From assembly GCA_037142195.1 (NCBI GenBank), contig JBAXBA010000003.1, positions 1 through 64,000 of the forward strand: a stretch of 64,000 bases of DNA. Direction: 5' to 3'. This stretch comes from Pseudomonadota bacterium (GTDB taxonomy: Bacteria > Bdellovibrionota_B > Oligoflexia > Oligoflexales > CAIMVM01). Of this stretch, positions 29,641-39,310 are shown one piece after another; position 1 is the first letter of the stretch; every line of letters begins with the position of its first letter. Made by a program: the position numbers and the translations under genes. The notes under the pieces are model-generated. The model saw nothing but the letters and a program-made list of their open reading frames with translations, was not told the origin of the DNA and did not search any database.

Positions 29641-30261
29641 ATGAAACATTTTCTTATTGTTCTTTGTTCTTTCATCTCTGGCGCAAGGGCTTTTGCCGCG
29701 CAGGACTTTAAAGCTACTCACTGCGAGATCTTTATTGACAAAGTTGCTGGAAAACAGGAAGGCTATCATGGTGCATTCGGCTCGATTCTCGACACCGAAG
29801 TTTTCCTTAAAATCAACCTTTATAAGACAGGCCCCATTCGCAAGGTCGTGTTCTACTCTAACCGGAAGACCGTGGATAACAGTGGAAATGTTAAGACAGA
29901 AACCGGGTTTCGGGAGGTCCTATTATCCTCTTATTTTGGGGCGCCTGACTACTTTACAATAAACCTTGGCGACCTTGAAAATCATTGGTGGGATAGATCT
30001 GACTTAGAGGATCGCGTAGAGCATGAAGGTGCTTTTTACGTAGAACTTCTTGATGGAGTTCGACTTTGGCTAAATCCCGCTGAAAGTTACGGGAGTCACT
30101 TTTTGTTTGATGAAGGCACGAATGCTACATTGTATGCACAAGGCCAGATTTACACCGGGAGCGATGGCTATATTTATGGTGCAGCGAGACTCCATCATTT
30201 AGAAGACGTAAAACAAACTGCTGACTACAATACTTACTGGAATCCATCACACTGCCGCTAA
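29641..30261 (+). CDS. Exported hypothetical protein
   Basis: Signal peptide ending AFA; two Cys near the termini. Confidence 0.75.
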   Translation: MKHFLIVLCSFISGARAFAAQDFKATHCEIFIDKVAGKQEGYHGAFGSILDTEVFLKINLYKTGPIRKVVFYSNRKTVDNSGNVKTETGFREVLLSSYFGAPDYFTINLGDLENHWWDRSDLEDRVEHEGAFYVELLDGVRLWLNPAESYGSHFLFDEGTNATLYAQGQIYTGSDGYIYGAARLHHLEDVKQTADYNTYWNPSHCR

Positions 30262-30460
30262 AATATATACGCCTTTTATGAAGACTGCGTTTAAGTACAA
30301 ACTACCGCTAAGCCCTCATATCAGGACCAAGAATTAAACATCTTTTGTCGGCAAAGACCAATCATCTATAACGTAGTTTCTATCCCACAAAGAGACTAAG
30401 AAACCATGAAAATCTCTTTTGGCTGATCGGGAAATTTTAAACGCAAAATATTAGTAGCTG

Positions 30461-30492
30461 AAGCAGAGATTTCACACGGGAAATCTCTGCTT
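30461..30492. terminator. Stem-loop between convergent genes
   Basis: AAGCAGAGATTTC...GAAATCTCTGCTT. Confidence 0.55.
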
Positions 30493-30891
30493 ATTTAGTT
30501 CCATGATTTTATTTTTGCATTTCGTATTTAGATTTCAAAGCATTCCGTTAAATATTGAGTCTGCCCAACTTAGAATTTTTTGGTCTTTTAGATTTTCAAA
30601 CCTACCCCTCAGGCCCAATTGGTCTTATTTTGCGCTGCCACAAAGCCCATATCTCAAAAAGTCCCTTTCCTCAAAAATGGCTCTTACTCACTTTCTACTC
30701 TAGTCCATTTCATTTTGGGTATGAAAACTGAGTTCCTCTAACGATGCATTTCCTTGCTCGACTAGAGCTCTTTTTAAGTTACCCTTTCCTTTGTGCGACA
30801 TGGAAAACTTCCACACTTGGGAGTCTTTCAAATCGCGACCACAAGGATTCCTTTAATAGCTATAAGTTTTCTCAATTACTTCTTCACAGGC

Positions 30892-31989
30892 TTAAAACAC
30901 AAATTGGAGGCCTGGAAGCCAATAGGCCATTTTTGATGGAGAACCTATTTTTTCAAAATGGTAATTCTGAGCAAAAGCAATGACGTCCCACCAAGTATGA
31001 ATAAAAATAGACTCTTTCAAGCTGTAGTTATTTTGGATGCTCACCCACCCCAAATAATAGCCCAGAACCAGCTGAGTAATGGGAACATCTACAGTACCTC
31101 GGTGCGCGAGGGCAAAGCCAACCGATGAAATCACGTTGCCAAGCACCGGGTTTGAGGTTTCATATTGAACCGTGGGGAGTAGCCAACCTCTAAAAATCAT
31201 TTCTTCGTAGGTTCCTGCATTGTAGGAAAAAGCGGCGCCAAAAGCAAGGTCATCGCCGCCAAGCTTTACGGGCCTAAATCCTTCTGCTTCGGCCTCTTCT
31301 CTCGAAGTGGTTCGGATTTGAGCTACCGTCATCGCAGCAATCACGCTGAGGGGAATCCATGTTGTAGGCCTCTGAAAGTAGGTGAGATCGAAAGGTGCAG
31401 CAAAAAGATCACCCAGCTGCTCTTCGGGGCCAAGAAAATAGAAATCATCAGGCCTTGTTCTGACGGCAGAACGAAAGGAGTGATAGAGGGACACGCCCCC
31501 AACCAGAGACTTCATCTGCGAAAATAGATAGATATTTCTCAGCTGATTGTCATGAGTTGCCAATCCTTCATCTAACTTAAATCTCATTTCCTTAGTCGTA
31601 TTTGCATTCACAAAAAGCGACTCAGCATGATTTTGAAGGGCTGCGCTTAAAATATAGGAACCTGAATATAGTGCCGCAGCCTCGTATTGCCCTTCCCACC
31701 ACTGATCGAATCCTGGTACAAAGAAACTTACCGCAGGGGACACCCAAAGATTGCGCGGGCGTTGCGGCTCTCTCGGCAGCAAATACCAATCCCTACTGCT
31801 ATCACTTTGTGCAGAAAATCGTTCTTCCATCCGCCTTTCTGTGAGACTTTTCCCTAATGGGTCATTTGTCTCACCTTCACCATAAGGCTCTGCTGGAGGC
31901 ATTGCGACCCCACTTGTCGGCCAAATACCTGCCCCAAGGAGCCCTAAAAGCACCATGAATTTTCTGCTGCTTGCGAAGCACCTCAACAT
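30892..31989 (-). CDS. CPBP (CAAX protease/Abi) family intramembrane glutamic endopeptidase
   Basis: EEMIFRG, FALAH, H.WWD motifs. Confidence 0.88.
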   Translation of the reverse strand: MLRCFASSRKFMVLLGLLGAGIWPTSGVAMPPAEPYGEGETNDPLGKSLTERRMEERFSAQSDSSRDWYLLPREPQRPRNLWVSPAVSFFVPGFDQWWEGQYEAAALYSGSYILSAALQNHAESLFVNANTTKEMRFKLDEGLATHDNQLRNIYLFSQMKSLVGGVSLYHSFRSAVRTRPDDFYFLGPEEQLGDLFAAPFDLTYFQRPTTWIPLSVIAAMTVAQIRTTSREEAEAEGFRPVKLGGDDLAFGAAFSYNAGTYEEMIFRGWLLPTVQYETSNPVLGNVISSVGFALAHRGTVDVPITQLVLGYYLGWVSIQNNYSLKESIFIHTWWDVIAFAQNYHFEKIGSPSKMAYWLPGLQFVF

Positions 31990-32058
31990 GATTGGTCCCT
32001 TTTAACTTATTTAGTGTCATGCTATCTTAAATGGGAACTGCAAGTCTCAGGAAAATTT

Positions 32059-33324
32059 ATGCTGGATATAAAATTTATTCGTGAACATACCGATCTGGTC
32101 CGAAAAGGGGCCCAAGACAAGCGATTTTCGGTGGACATTGACCTTCTGTTGTCTTTGGACCAAGAATTACGACCGATTAGGGCTCACCAAGAAAAGCTTC
32201 AAGCTGAGCGCAATAGCATTTCCAAGGATATGCCAAGTGCTGAACCTAACACGCGAGATTCCTTGAAACGCCGCGTGGGGGAGATCAAAGTTGAGCTTGA
32301 AGAGCTGACGAAACAGGTAAAGGATAAAGAAGATAAAATACATCAACTTTTACTTCTCGTCCCCCAACCAGCAAGATCAGATGTACCCGTAGGAAAAGAT
32401 GATTCTGAGAATCTAGAGCTGCGCAAAGTGGGAACTCCCCGCCAATTTGATTTTAAGGCTTTGGATCATATTGAGCTCTCTCAAAAACTTAATCTTGTAG
32501 ACTTTGAAAGAGGTACAAAGATTGCTGGGGCCAGATCTTATGTGCTGACCGGAGACGGCGCTCTTTTAGAGCAGGCCGTTCTCCGCTACACCTATGATTT
32601 TCTCGTGGCTCGAAATTTCAAGCCCATGTCTGTGCCTGTTTTGGTAACAGAAAAATGCATGGAAGGCACAGGTTATTTCCCATTGGGAAGAGACCAAGCC
32701 TATCAAGTCGAAAAAGATCAGCTCGCTTTAGTAGGTACCGCAGAAGTCCCTTTGTGCAGCTATTTCTCTGATGAAGTTTTGGACTATAAAAACTTACCCC
32801 AAAGGGTCATGGCTTTATCCGGAGCCTTTCGCCGCGAAGCTGGCTCCTATGGTAAAGACACAAAAGGGCTTTATCGCGTGCATCAGTTTCAAAAAATCGA
32901 GCAAGTGATTATAGCCCCTGCAGATCTTGAACTGGACAATGAACTTCATCGAGAGTTATTGCAAAATGCCGAAGACATTTTAGAAGCCCTAAAACTTCCT
33001 TACAGAGTCGTCTATGTGTGCACCGGAGATTTAGGACAGGGTCAAGTGAGAAAACATGACATTGAAACCTGGATGCCTGGTCGCAACAATTATGGAGAAA
33101 CCCATAGTTGCTCCAGTTTTTATGACTTCCAAGCACGCCGCTTAAATATTCGCTACAAGGACGCTGAAGGACAAAGGATGGTTGCCTATACACTAAACAA
33201 CACGGCTATAGCTTCCCCACGGATCCTTATCCCTTTGATTGAAAATCACCAAACCAAAGACGGAAAGATTAGAATTCCTAAGGTTCTTCGCCCTTATCTT
33301 GGGGGACGTGAGTATATCGGGTAA
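32059..33324 (+). CDS. serS: Serine-tRNA ligase
   Basis: MLDIKFIR, GTAEVP, FRREAG, RVHQF.KIE, HSCS..DFQARR. Confidence 0.98.
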   Translation: MLDIKFIREHTDLVRKGAQDKRFSVDIDLLLSLDQELRPIRAHQEKLQAERNSISKDMPSAEPNTRDSLKRRVGEIKVELEELTKQVKDKEDKIHQLLLLVPQPARSDVPVGKDDSENLELRKVGTPRQFDFKALDHIELSQKLNLVDFERGTKIAGARSYVLTGDGALLEQAVLRYTYDFLVARNFKPMSVPVLVTEKCMEGTGYFPLGRDQAYQVEKDQLALVGTAEVPLCSYFSDEVLDYKNLPQRVMALSGAFRREAGSYGKDTKGLYRVHQFQKIEQVIIAPADLELDNELHRELLQNAEDILEALKLPYRVVYVCTGDLGQGQVRKHDIETWMPGRNNYGETHSCSSFYDFQARRLNIRYKDAEGQRMVAYTLNNTAIASPRILIPLIENHQTKDGKIRIPKVLRPYLGGREYIG

Positions 33325-33378
33325 CGCTTTCCTGGACTTTTAAAACTTAATCCCAAACTGTTTTTTTAAGACTGATTA

Positions 33379-33409
33379 GGCCCCTGCCACCTATGGCTGG
33401 GGCTTTTTT
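33379..33409 (+). terminator. Rho-independent terminator after serS
   Basis: GGCCCC..GGGGC stem followed by a T-run. Confidence 0.6.
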
Positions 33410-33595
33410 CCATTTCCTGTTTTTTGAAATCCTTCCCATGCCTCATCTCTTCTAAGAAGCCAAATGCCAAAAAAAGGAAAGACCCTTAGTCCCACAAGGG
33501 CTAGGGGGTCTCTTTTTTAGGGATGAAATTACTGTAGGCAATGCACCAAATACATAGAACTCTAAAAGGAGCTTTGCCTCTTAATTTCAGGCACC

Positions 33596-34675
33596 TTATT
33601 TTGCTTTGCTCAACACTTCTATATCACCCTTACCGCTAAGGGCGTCCTGGCTTAAAAGACTCAAGAAGTGAACGAAGCTGGGCTCATAATTGAAACTGCT
33701 TTGAACTACAACTTTCGCTTCTGGTTTCGCTTCGGAAATCACCGTACGTTGGCCCACATTTTCATCATAAAGGGTTTCAATGTTGTCTATTGTGAAGGAA
33801 ATGCGTCCATTGATCAGGATATTGGGGCAATCAGCGCTGGCAGCTAACCAATGGGCTTGATCTTTAGAGTCGGGAAGTGTCCACTTGGCTCCGAGTTCGG
33901 AATGATTCTGAAAACCTGTCGCTACAAGATTTGCAGGAAATCTTGCCTTCATATCTTCGTAAGCGCTGAGCATCTGGGAAAAGGCAGGATCGCCATTTTC
34001 AGGCAAATACGTCGGTAGCCCATGGGAAGGCAAGTAAATACAAACATCTGCAGGGCTAATGCCAGCAAAGTTTTCTGACAAGCCGGTGCGTATTGAGTCT
34101 GCTAACAAATCACGAAAACGTGCATCATCACTAAAGCTTTTAACTACGGTTACTTTAGGAGAGTATTCGGAGTGAAGCTTCAGATATTTTTGCACTTCGC
34201 GAACATTGATTCCCTGAGTTACTTTCGAGTACTGTGCGCCTTGGTTAAAAACAAGCAGATCGGTAATTCCATCGGCTTGAATTTCTGCCATAGCTTCACG
34301 TACATAAGGATAGGTAAAAATAAAGCCTGTATAGGCCTTTGCTTCAATCCCTAAAGTTGCCAATTCTTTTTGCACCGCATCGGCCTGCTTACGGGCCGTT
34401 TCTCTGTAGTTAGATCCGCCGATGACACGATACTCTTCCACGGCACCCTGGCCAGTAAACAACCACCCCAAGGTAACGACTAAACCCTTCAGGAAACCTG
34501 GAATAGGAGCCACATCGGGATCTCGCAGAGCTGACTTCACATAGCCTTCTACTTCTTCAGGCTTATCCACGTCCCCGTAGGAAGCGAAAAGAACACCTAC
34601 TTTTTTTTCTGCTCCGAAACTTTGACCAGACAAAAACATTACTATGGAAAGTAATACACCGAATTGCATTTTCAT
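33596..34675 (-). CDS. Ferrochelatase (HemH/CpfC) family protein with an N-terminal signal peptide
   Basis: GVLFASYG, Y.VIGGS, QYSKVT, SHGLP, GDP, FTIDNIETLYD; hydrophobic leader ending SFG-A. Confidence 0.8.
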   Translation of the reverse strand: MKMQFGVLLSIVMFLSGQSFGAEKKVGVLFASYGDVDKPEEVEGYVKSALRDPDVAPIPGFLKGLVVTLGWLFTGQGAVEEYRVIGGSNYRETARKQADAVQKELATLGIEAKAYTGFIFTYPYVREAMAEIQADGITDLLVFNQGAQYSKVTQGINVREVQKYLKLHSEYSPKVTVVKSFSDDARFRDLLADSIRTGLSENFAGISPADVCIYLPSHGLPTYLPENGDPAFSQMLSAYEDMKARFPANLVATGFQNHSELGAKWTLPDSKDQAHWLAASADCPNILINGRISFTIDNIETLYDENVGQRTVISEAKPEAKVVVQSSFNYEPSFVHFLSLLSQDALSGKGDIEVLSKAK

Positions 34676-34730
34676 AAATTCTCCCTTTAATACCAGTTAA
34701 TGAACACCTCTGCGGCACGGGGTTTTCCTA

Positions 34731-34746
34731 TGCAAAAAAGTATCCA
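34731..34746 (-). promoter_or_regulatory. Sigma54-like promoter
   Basis: Minus strand TGGATACTTTTTTGCA (GG-N10-GC), about 55 bp upstream of the ATG. Confidence 0.5.
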
Positions 34747-35209
34747 AGTTCTCTAGAAACCTCTCCTTTCATATCATAGCCAGACCCATAAGGCAGCTCA
34801 TTTCCTTAGCGGCGCTTAGTCCATGGAGACGGCGTGCTTATTTCATGGGCGCTTAACTGAAAAAAGTGCAGAATCCCGCCCTTTTTGAAATATCAGACCA
34901 AGCAAGGAGCTCAAGTGCCCAAGTACTGCACTGTAGAGGAGTCTTTCGAGTGGGGCTTTTAAAACTCGATTTTTGCGCTAGCAAGACCCAAAAGCCTAGC
35001 CAGATAGCACATCAAAAAGACGAAAGCCTGCCTTTACATGGCACGGATGAAAGGAAGAAATAGTCCTCGCCAGACATCAAAATGCGAGGCCGAGAGGTCC
35101 CTCAGTACTATTTGAAAAATTTGCTAAGCGTATTGAATCCCCAGCATGATAGAGCTAAAATGAGAACTCATTCTACTTTTTTGATGACTCTGAGTGATAG
35201 GGAGATTTC

Positions 35210-36286
35210 ATGAATTTGCTAAATACCGGGCTTGTATTAGTGGGCGGGGTGGCGATTGGTTTTTTCTCATCAAAACTAGTCCCGACAAAGCCATTTAATG
35301 TTGCCATGTGCTACAAAGAGGGCGCAGCCCCCGATAATTCTGGGATTTTCTCACTTGATGAAAAGACCTATAGCCTAAGCGATCTTCCTTTATCAAGTCA
35401 ACAAGAAGTGCTCCAAACGAATCAATCTAGTTATGATCAAAATCTTCGCGCCCTTGAGCAAGTGGCTCTGCGTTTAAGTATCGCCAAAGAGAAAAAAATT
35501 CCTGTTTCAGGTAGCCAGATTCCTACCTTTGAAGAGCTTTTCAAAGATGACTGGGTAAAAGAAGATGACGTCAAACAATTTTATGAAAAGAACAAGAAGT
35601 CCTTTCCTGCAACCGCCTCCCTAGAAACCATGGGCCCAAGCATCAAAAGACATCTTGAGTTAATACAAGTCCAAACACTATCCAGAACCAAGTTGAAAGA
35701 GCTTAAAGACGCAGGAAAGTTCCAAACTCTGCTCCGCCCACCTTGTGGTCCAAAAATTGAGTTTGATTCTACAAACCAGCCCACCATTACCTCTAAAGTG
35801 AAAATCAATAACAACCTCACTCTTATTAGTGACTTTTCCTGTCCCCAATGCCGTGGGGCCTATCTAGGGCTCTCTTCTGTATGGGACCAACTGTCTGAAA
35901 ATGCAAACATAGTGCATATAGCTTACGCACAAGATGAAGCTAGTTTAGGATTTGCCCTGGCTAAAGGAGCCGTTTGTGCTGCCAAGCAAGGTGAAGAAAA
36001 ATCCCAGTCATGGTTTCGGGCTGCCTATTTGGCATCGATGAAAGCCACATCCAATGGTCCCAATACAAAAACATTAGTCGAAGGCGCCATATCCGACTCA
36101 AGTCTCGATAAGGGAGTATTTGACTCTTGTTTTGAATCCCCAGAAACCTCTGAAATTATAAGAAAAAACAACAAATTAGCAAAAGAATACAATATCGCTG
36201 ACAGAATGGCAGTTTTCCTCAATAAACGTCTTGTAGTGAGCACCATACCTGATGAAATTTTAGAGCTCACAAAACGGGCGCGATAG
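35210..36286 (+). CDS. DsbA-like thioredoxin-fold protein with a helical N-terminal region
   Basis: SDFSCPQCR, A.CAA.QG; N-terminal TM. Confidence 0.75.
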   Translation: MNLLNTGLVLVGGVAIGFFSSKLVPTKPFNVAMCYKEGAAPDNSGIFSLDEKTYSLSDLPLSSQQEVLQTNQSSYDQNLRALEQVALRLSIAKEKKIPVSGSQIPTFEELFKDDWVKEDDVKQFYEKNKKSFPATASLETMGPSIKRHLELIQVQTLSRTKLKELKDAGKFQTLLRPPCGPKIEFDSTNQPTITSKVKINNNLTLISDFSCPQCRGAYLGLSSVWDQLSENANIVHIAYAQDEASLGFALAKGAVCAAKQGEEKSQSWFRAAYLASMKATSNGPNTKTLVEGAISDSSLDKGVFDSCFESPETSEIIRKNNKLAKEYNIADRMAVFLNKRLVVSTIPDEILELTKRAR

Positions 36287-36306
36287 TAAGCATCCACTCT
36301 ACGATG

Positions 36307-36337
36307 AGCAGGCCTTCCTAGGAAGGCCTGCTTTTTT
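36307..36337 (+). terminator. Rho-independent terminator
   Basis: Palindrome AGCAGGCCTTCCTAGGAAGGCCTGCT plus T-run. Confidence 0.8.
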
Positions 36338-36453
36338 GGTCCTCTCTATTTTTGTCCTAAGGGAGTCTGCTTGATTTTCTTCTTGCTATTTGCGGAATTG
36401 CAGAGAGCCATTGCGCTTTATGCCACTATTTAGTTACTATGCCTCCTTTATAA

Positions 36454-38379
36454 ATGAACGGAGAGCCCTGCTTGTCTAAGTCATCTCATGAGAGCCTGTC
36501 GACAGAATCTAGCCACCCAAAATCAAATATTCATGCCTTAGTATTGGGAGCTATGGGGGTTGTATTCGGAGATATTGGAACCTCGCCTCTCTACGCGATT
36601 CGAGAATCTTTTCATGGCGCCCATGCATTTCCAGCAAATGAAATGAATATCCTAGGTGCTCTATCCATGATTTTCTGGTCCTTGATGATGATCATAAGCC
36701 TGAAGTATGTGGTTCTTATTTTGAGGGCTGACAATAAGGGCGAGGGGGGGATTTTAGCCCTTGAAACTTTGGCTAGAAAGAATGGAATGCTTCATAGTCG
36801 GGGAGCCACTGTGATCATGCTCATTGGGATTTTCGGGGCCACGCTCCTTTATGGAGACGGAATTATCACACCTGCCATTTCTGTTTTGTCTGCTTTGGAA
36901 GGCCTCAAAGTGGCCACTCCCGTATTTGAGCCCTTTGTGCCGTTGATTACGATTATGATTCTGGGTTGTCTTTTTTCTGTCCAAAAGTATGGCACTGGCA
37001 AAATTGGGGCGATTTTTGGGCCCATTACCATGGCTTGGTTTGTCGCACTTGGCCTTTTAGGACTAAAGCAGATATGGGCTCATCCGGCAGTTTTAGCAGC
37101 AGCAAATCCAATTCACGCCTATCGCTTCTTTGTCGAAAATGGCAGCCATGGCTATATCATTTTAGGAACGATCTTCCTTACGGTCACAGGCGGTGAGGCT
37201 CTTTATGCAGATATGGGCCATTTTGGGAAAACGCCCATCCGAATTGGTTGGTTTACGGTCGTTCTCCCTTGTCTTATGCTTAATTATTTTGGCCAGGGCG
37301 CTCTCCTCATAATAGATCCAACTGCGGTGGAAAATCCCTTTTACCGCATGGTACCAAGCTATGCCCTTTATCCAATGGTGGCGTTAGCGACCTTGGCCAC
37401 AGTGATCGCTTCCCAAGCCCTCATTACAGGCGTCTATTCTTTGACCAAACAAGCCATCCAACTTGGTTTCTGTCCGAGGATGTCCATCATTCATACGTCT
37501 GATAAGGAAATCGGTCAGATTTACATTCCTTTTGTCAATTGGGCGCTCTTTATAGGCGCTGCCTGGTTAGTCGTTGAATTTCAAAATTCCTCTTCCATGG
37601 CTGCCGCCTATGGTATTGCGGTTTCCGCAACCATGTTGGTAACCACGTTTCTCGCTATCATCGTAGCAAGGCGCGTTTGGAAATGGCCGGTATGGGTGAT
37701 TTCTAGCGTGTTCATTCCCTTTATGCTTATTGATATTGCCTTCTTTGGCTCCAATGCCCTCAAGATTCTTGTCGGCGGATGGATTCCTTTAGTGATCGCT
37801 TCTTGCATTTTCCTACTCATGTCCACCTGGATCAGAGGCCGCAAACTTTTGTCTGACGGACTAGCAGAGCACTCTTTAACCTTTGATGCCCTCATCTCTG
37901 AATTTAAAGAGAAAAACTATGGAAGAGTAGAAGGAACTGCTATCTATATGTCGGGACGCCCCGATACAGTCCCCCTCCCTTTGAGCCACAATACAAGACA
38001 CAACAAAGTGGTCCACGAGCGCGTCGTTTTCATTACCTTTAGTACGATGGATATTCCCCATGTATTACCGGCCCGCCGCGTGGCTATTGAGGACTTAACC
38101 TATGGCTTCTTTCGGGTTGTTGTCTCCCTAGGCTTTATGGATGATCCCAATCTGCAAAATGTCATCAAACTCATGAGCGCGCAGGGATTAGAAATCAATC
38201 CGGAAGCATCTACATTCTTCCTAGGTCGAGAAATTGTCTTAGCCACTCGAAAACGCGGCATGGCTATATGGAGAGAAAAGATGTTTGCGTTTATGGGTAA
38301 AAATGCTCAGTCGCCTGTTTCTTACTTTAATCTACCTGCAAAACAGGTTATGGAAGTAGGAATTCAAATTGAAATTTAA
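36454..38379 (+). CDS. kup: Potassium uptake transporter
   Basis: GVVFGDIGTSPLY, ADNKGEGG, TGGEALYADMGHFG, GQIYIP. Confidence 0.97.
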   Translation: MNGEPCLSKSSHESLSTESSHPKSNIHALVLGAMGVVFGDIGTSPLYAIRESFHGAHAFPANEMNILGALSMIFWSLMMIISLKYVVLILRADNKGEGGILALETLARKNGMLHSRGATVIMLIGIFGATLLYGDGIITPAISVLSALEGLKVATPVFEPFVPLITIMILGCLFSVQKYGTGKIGAIFGPITMAWFVALGLLGLKQIWAHPAVLAAANPIHAYRFFVENGSHGYIILGTIFLTVTGGEALYADMGHFGKTPIRIGWFTVVLPCLMLNYFGQGALLIIDPTAVENPFYRMVPSYALYPMVALATLATVIASQALITGVYSLTKQAIQLGFCPRMSIIHTSDKEIGQIYIPFVNWALFIGAAWLVVEFQNSSSMAAAYGIAVSATMLVTTFLAIIVARRVWKWPVWVISSVFIPFMLIDIAFFGSNALKILVGGWIPLVIASCIFLLMSTWIRGRKLLSDGLAEHSLTFDALISEFKEKNYGRVEGTAIYMSGRPDTVPLPLSHNTRHNKVVHERVVFITFSTMDIPHVLPARRVAIEDLTYGFFRVVVSLGFMDDPNLQNVIKLMSAQGLEINPEASTFFLGREIVLATRKRGMAIWREKMFAFMGKNAQSPVSYFNLPAKQVMEVGIQIEI

Positions 38380-38469
38380 TGCAGGCTTTCCTCCAAAAGG
38401 AATCCTAAGTTTTAAGTGATATCTTTTAAATGGATTTAAGAATTGTCAACAGCCGAGAAAGGATAAGAA

Positions 38470-39213
38470 ATGGGACGCCACGCCACTGTTGCCGGAAGGC
38501 AAGCTAGTTCTGCAGCTATGAAAGGTAAACTATTTACAAAATTAGCGCGAGAAATCATGGTCTCTGCTCGAAGCGGCAGCGACCTGAATTCCAATTCAAG
38601 ATTGCGACTTGCTGTAGAAAAAGCTCGTGAACAAAATATGCCCAAAGACAATATAGAAAGAGCCATTAAAAAGGGCTCAGGAGAACTAGAAGGCGCAAGC
38701 TACGAAGAGATCACCTATGAAGGCTATGGCCCCCAAGGAACAGCGATTTTAGTGGAAGTTCTTACTGACAATCGCAACCGAACCAACCCCGAACTGAGAA
38801 AGATTTTTCAAAAAAGCGGTGGAAACATGGGTGAAATGGGCAGTGTGGCGTGGATGTTCAAAAAGCGTGGCGTCTTTGATATTGATTTAAGCAAGCACAC
38901 AGAAGATCAAGTCATGGAAGCTGCTTTAGAAGCGGGCGCTGAAGATGTGGTTACGGACGAAGGTGTGATTACTATCTACACAGATCCTGTATTATTTTCT
39001 CCCGTGAAAACGGCGTTAATCAATGCGGGAATCTCCTTTGAGCAAGCCTCTATTGATATGATCCCGGAAAATACCACCAAAGTATCTTCAGATGCTGCCA
39101 AGCAAGCTTGGGAGCTCGTACAAAAACTGGAAGATTACGACGATACCCAAAAAGTCTTTTATAACTTTGAGATCGATAAAGAGGAATTTGATAAAATTCT
39201 AGCTTCTAAGTAG
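38470..39213 (+). CDS. yebC: YebC/PmpR family protein
   Basis: NMPKDNIERAIKK, YEGYGP.G, TDNRNRT. Confidence 0.96.
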   Translation: MGRHATVAGRQASSAAMKGKLFTKLAREIMVSARSGSDLNSNSRLRLAVEKAREQNMPKDNIERAIKKGSGELEGASYEEITYEGYGPQGTAILVEVLTDNRNRTNPELRKIFQKSGGNMGEMGSVAWMFKKRGVFDIDLSKHTEDQVMEAALEAGAEDVVTDEGVITIYTDPVLFSPVKTALINAGISFEQASIDMIPENTTKVSSDAAKQAWELVQKLEDYDDTQKVFYNFEIDKEEFDKILASK

Positions 39214-39310
39214 ATGCAGACGGAATCTAATTCCCTGACGTGTCAATTTTAATTGTTTTTAAAACAAGCCCCGGATAAAATTAAGTCTCAATTAATCAGA
39301 GGCTTAATTT

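Noticed and set aside
30503..30983. Short plus-strand ORFs in an AT-rich gap
   Set aside because: Non-protein-like composition, no RBS support
30892..31989. Abortive-infection defence gene
   Set aside because: The Abi/CPBP label denotes an intramembrane protease family; no defence context
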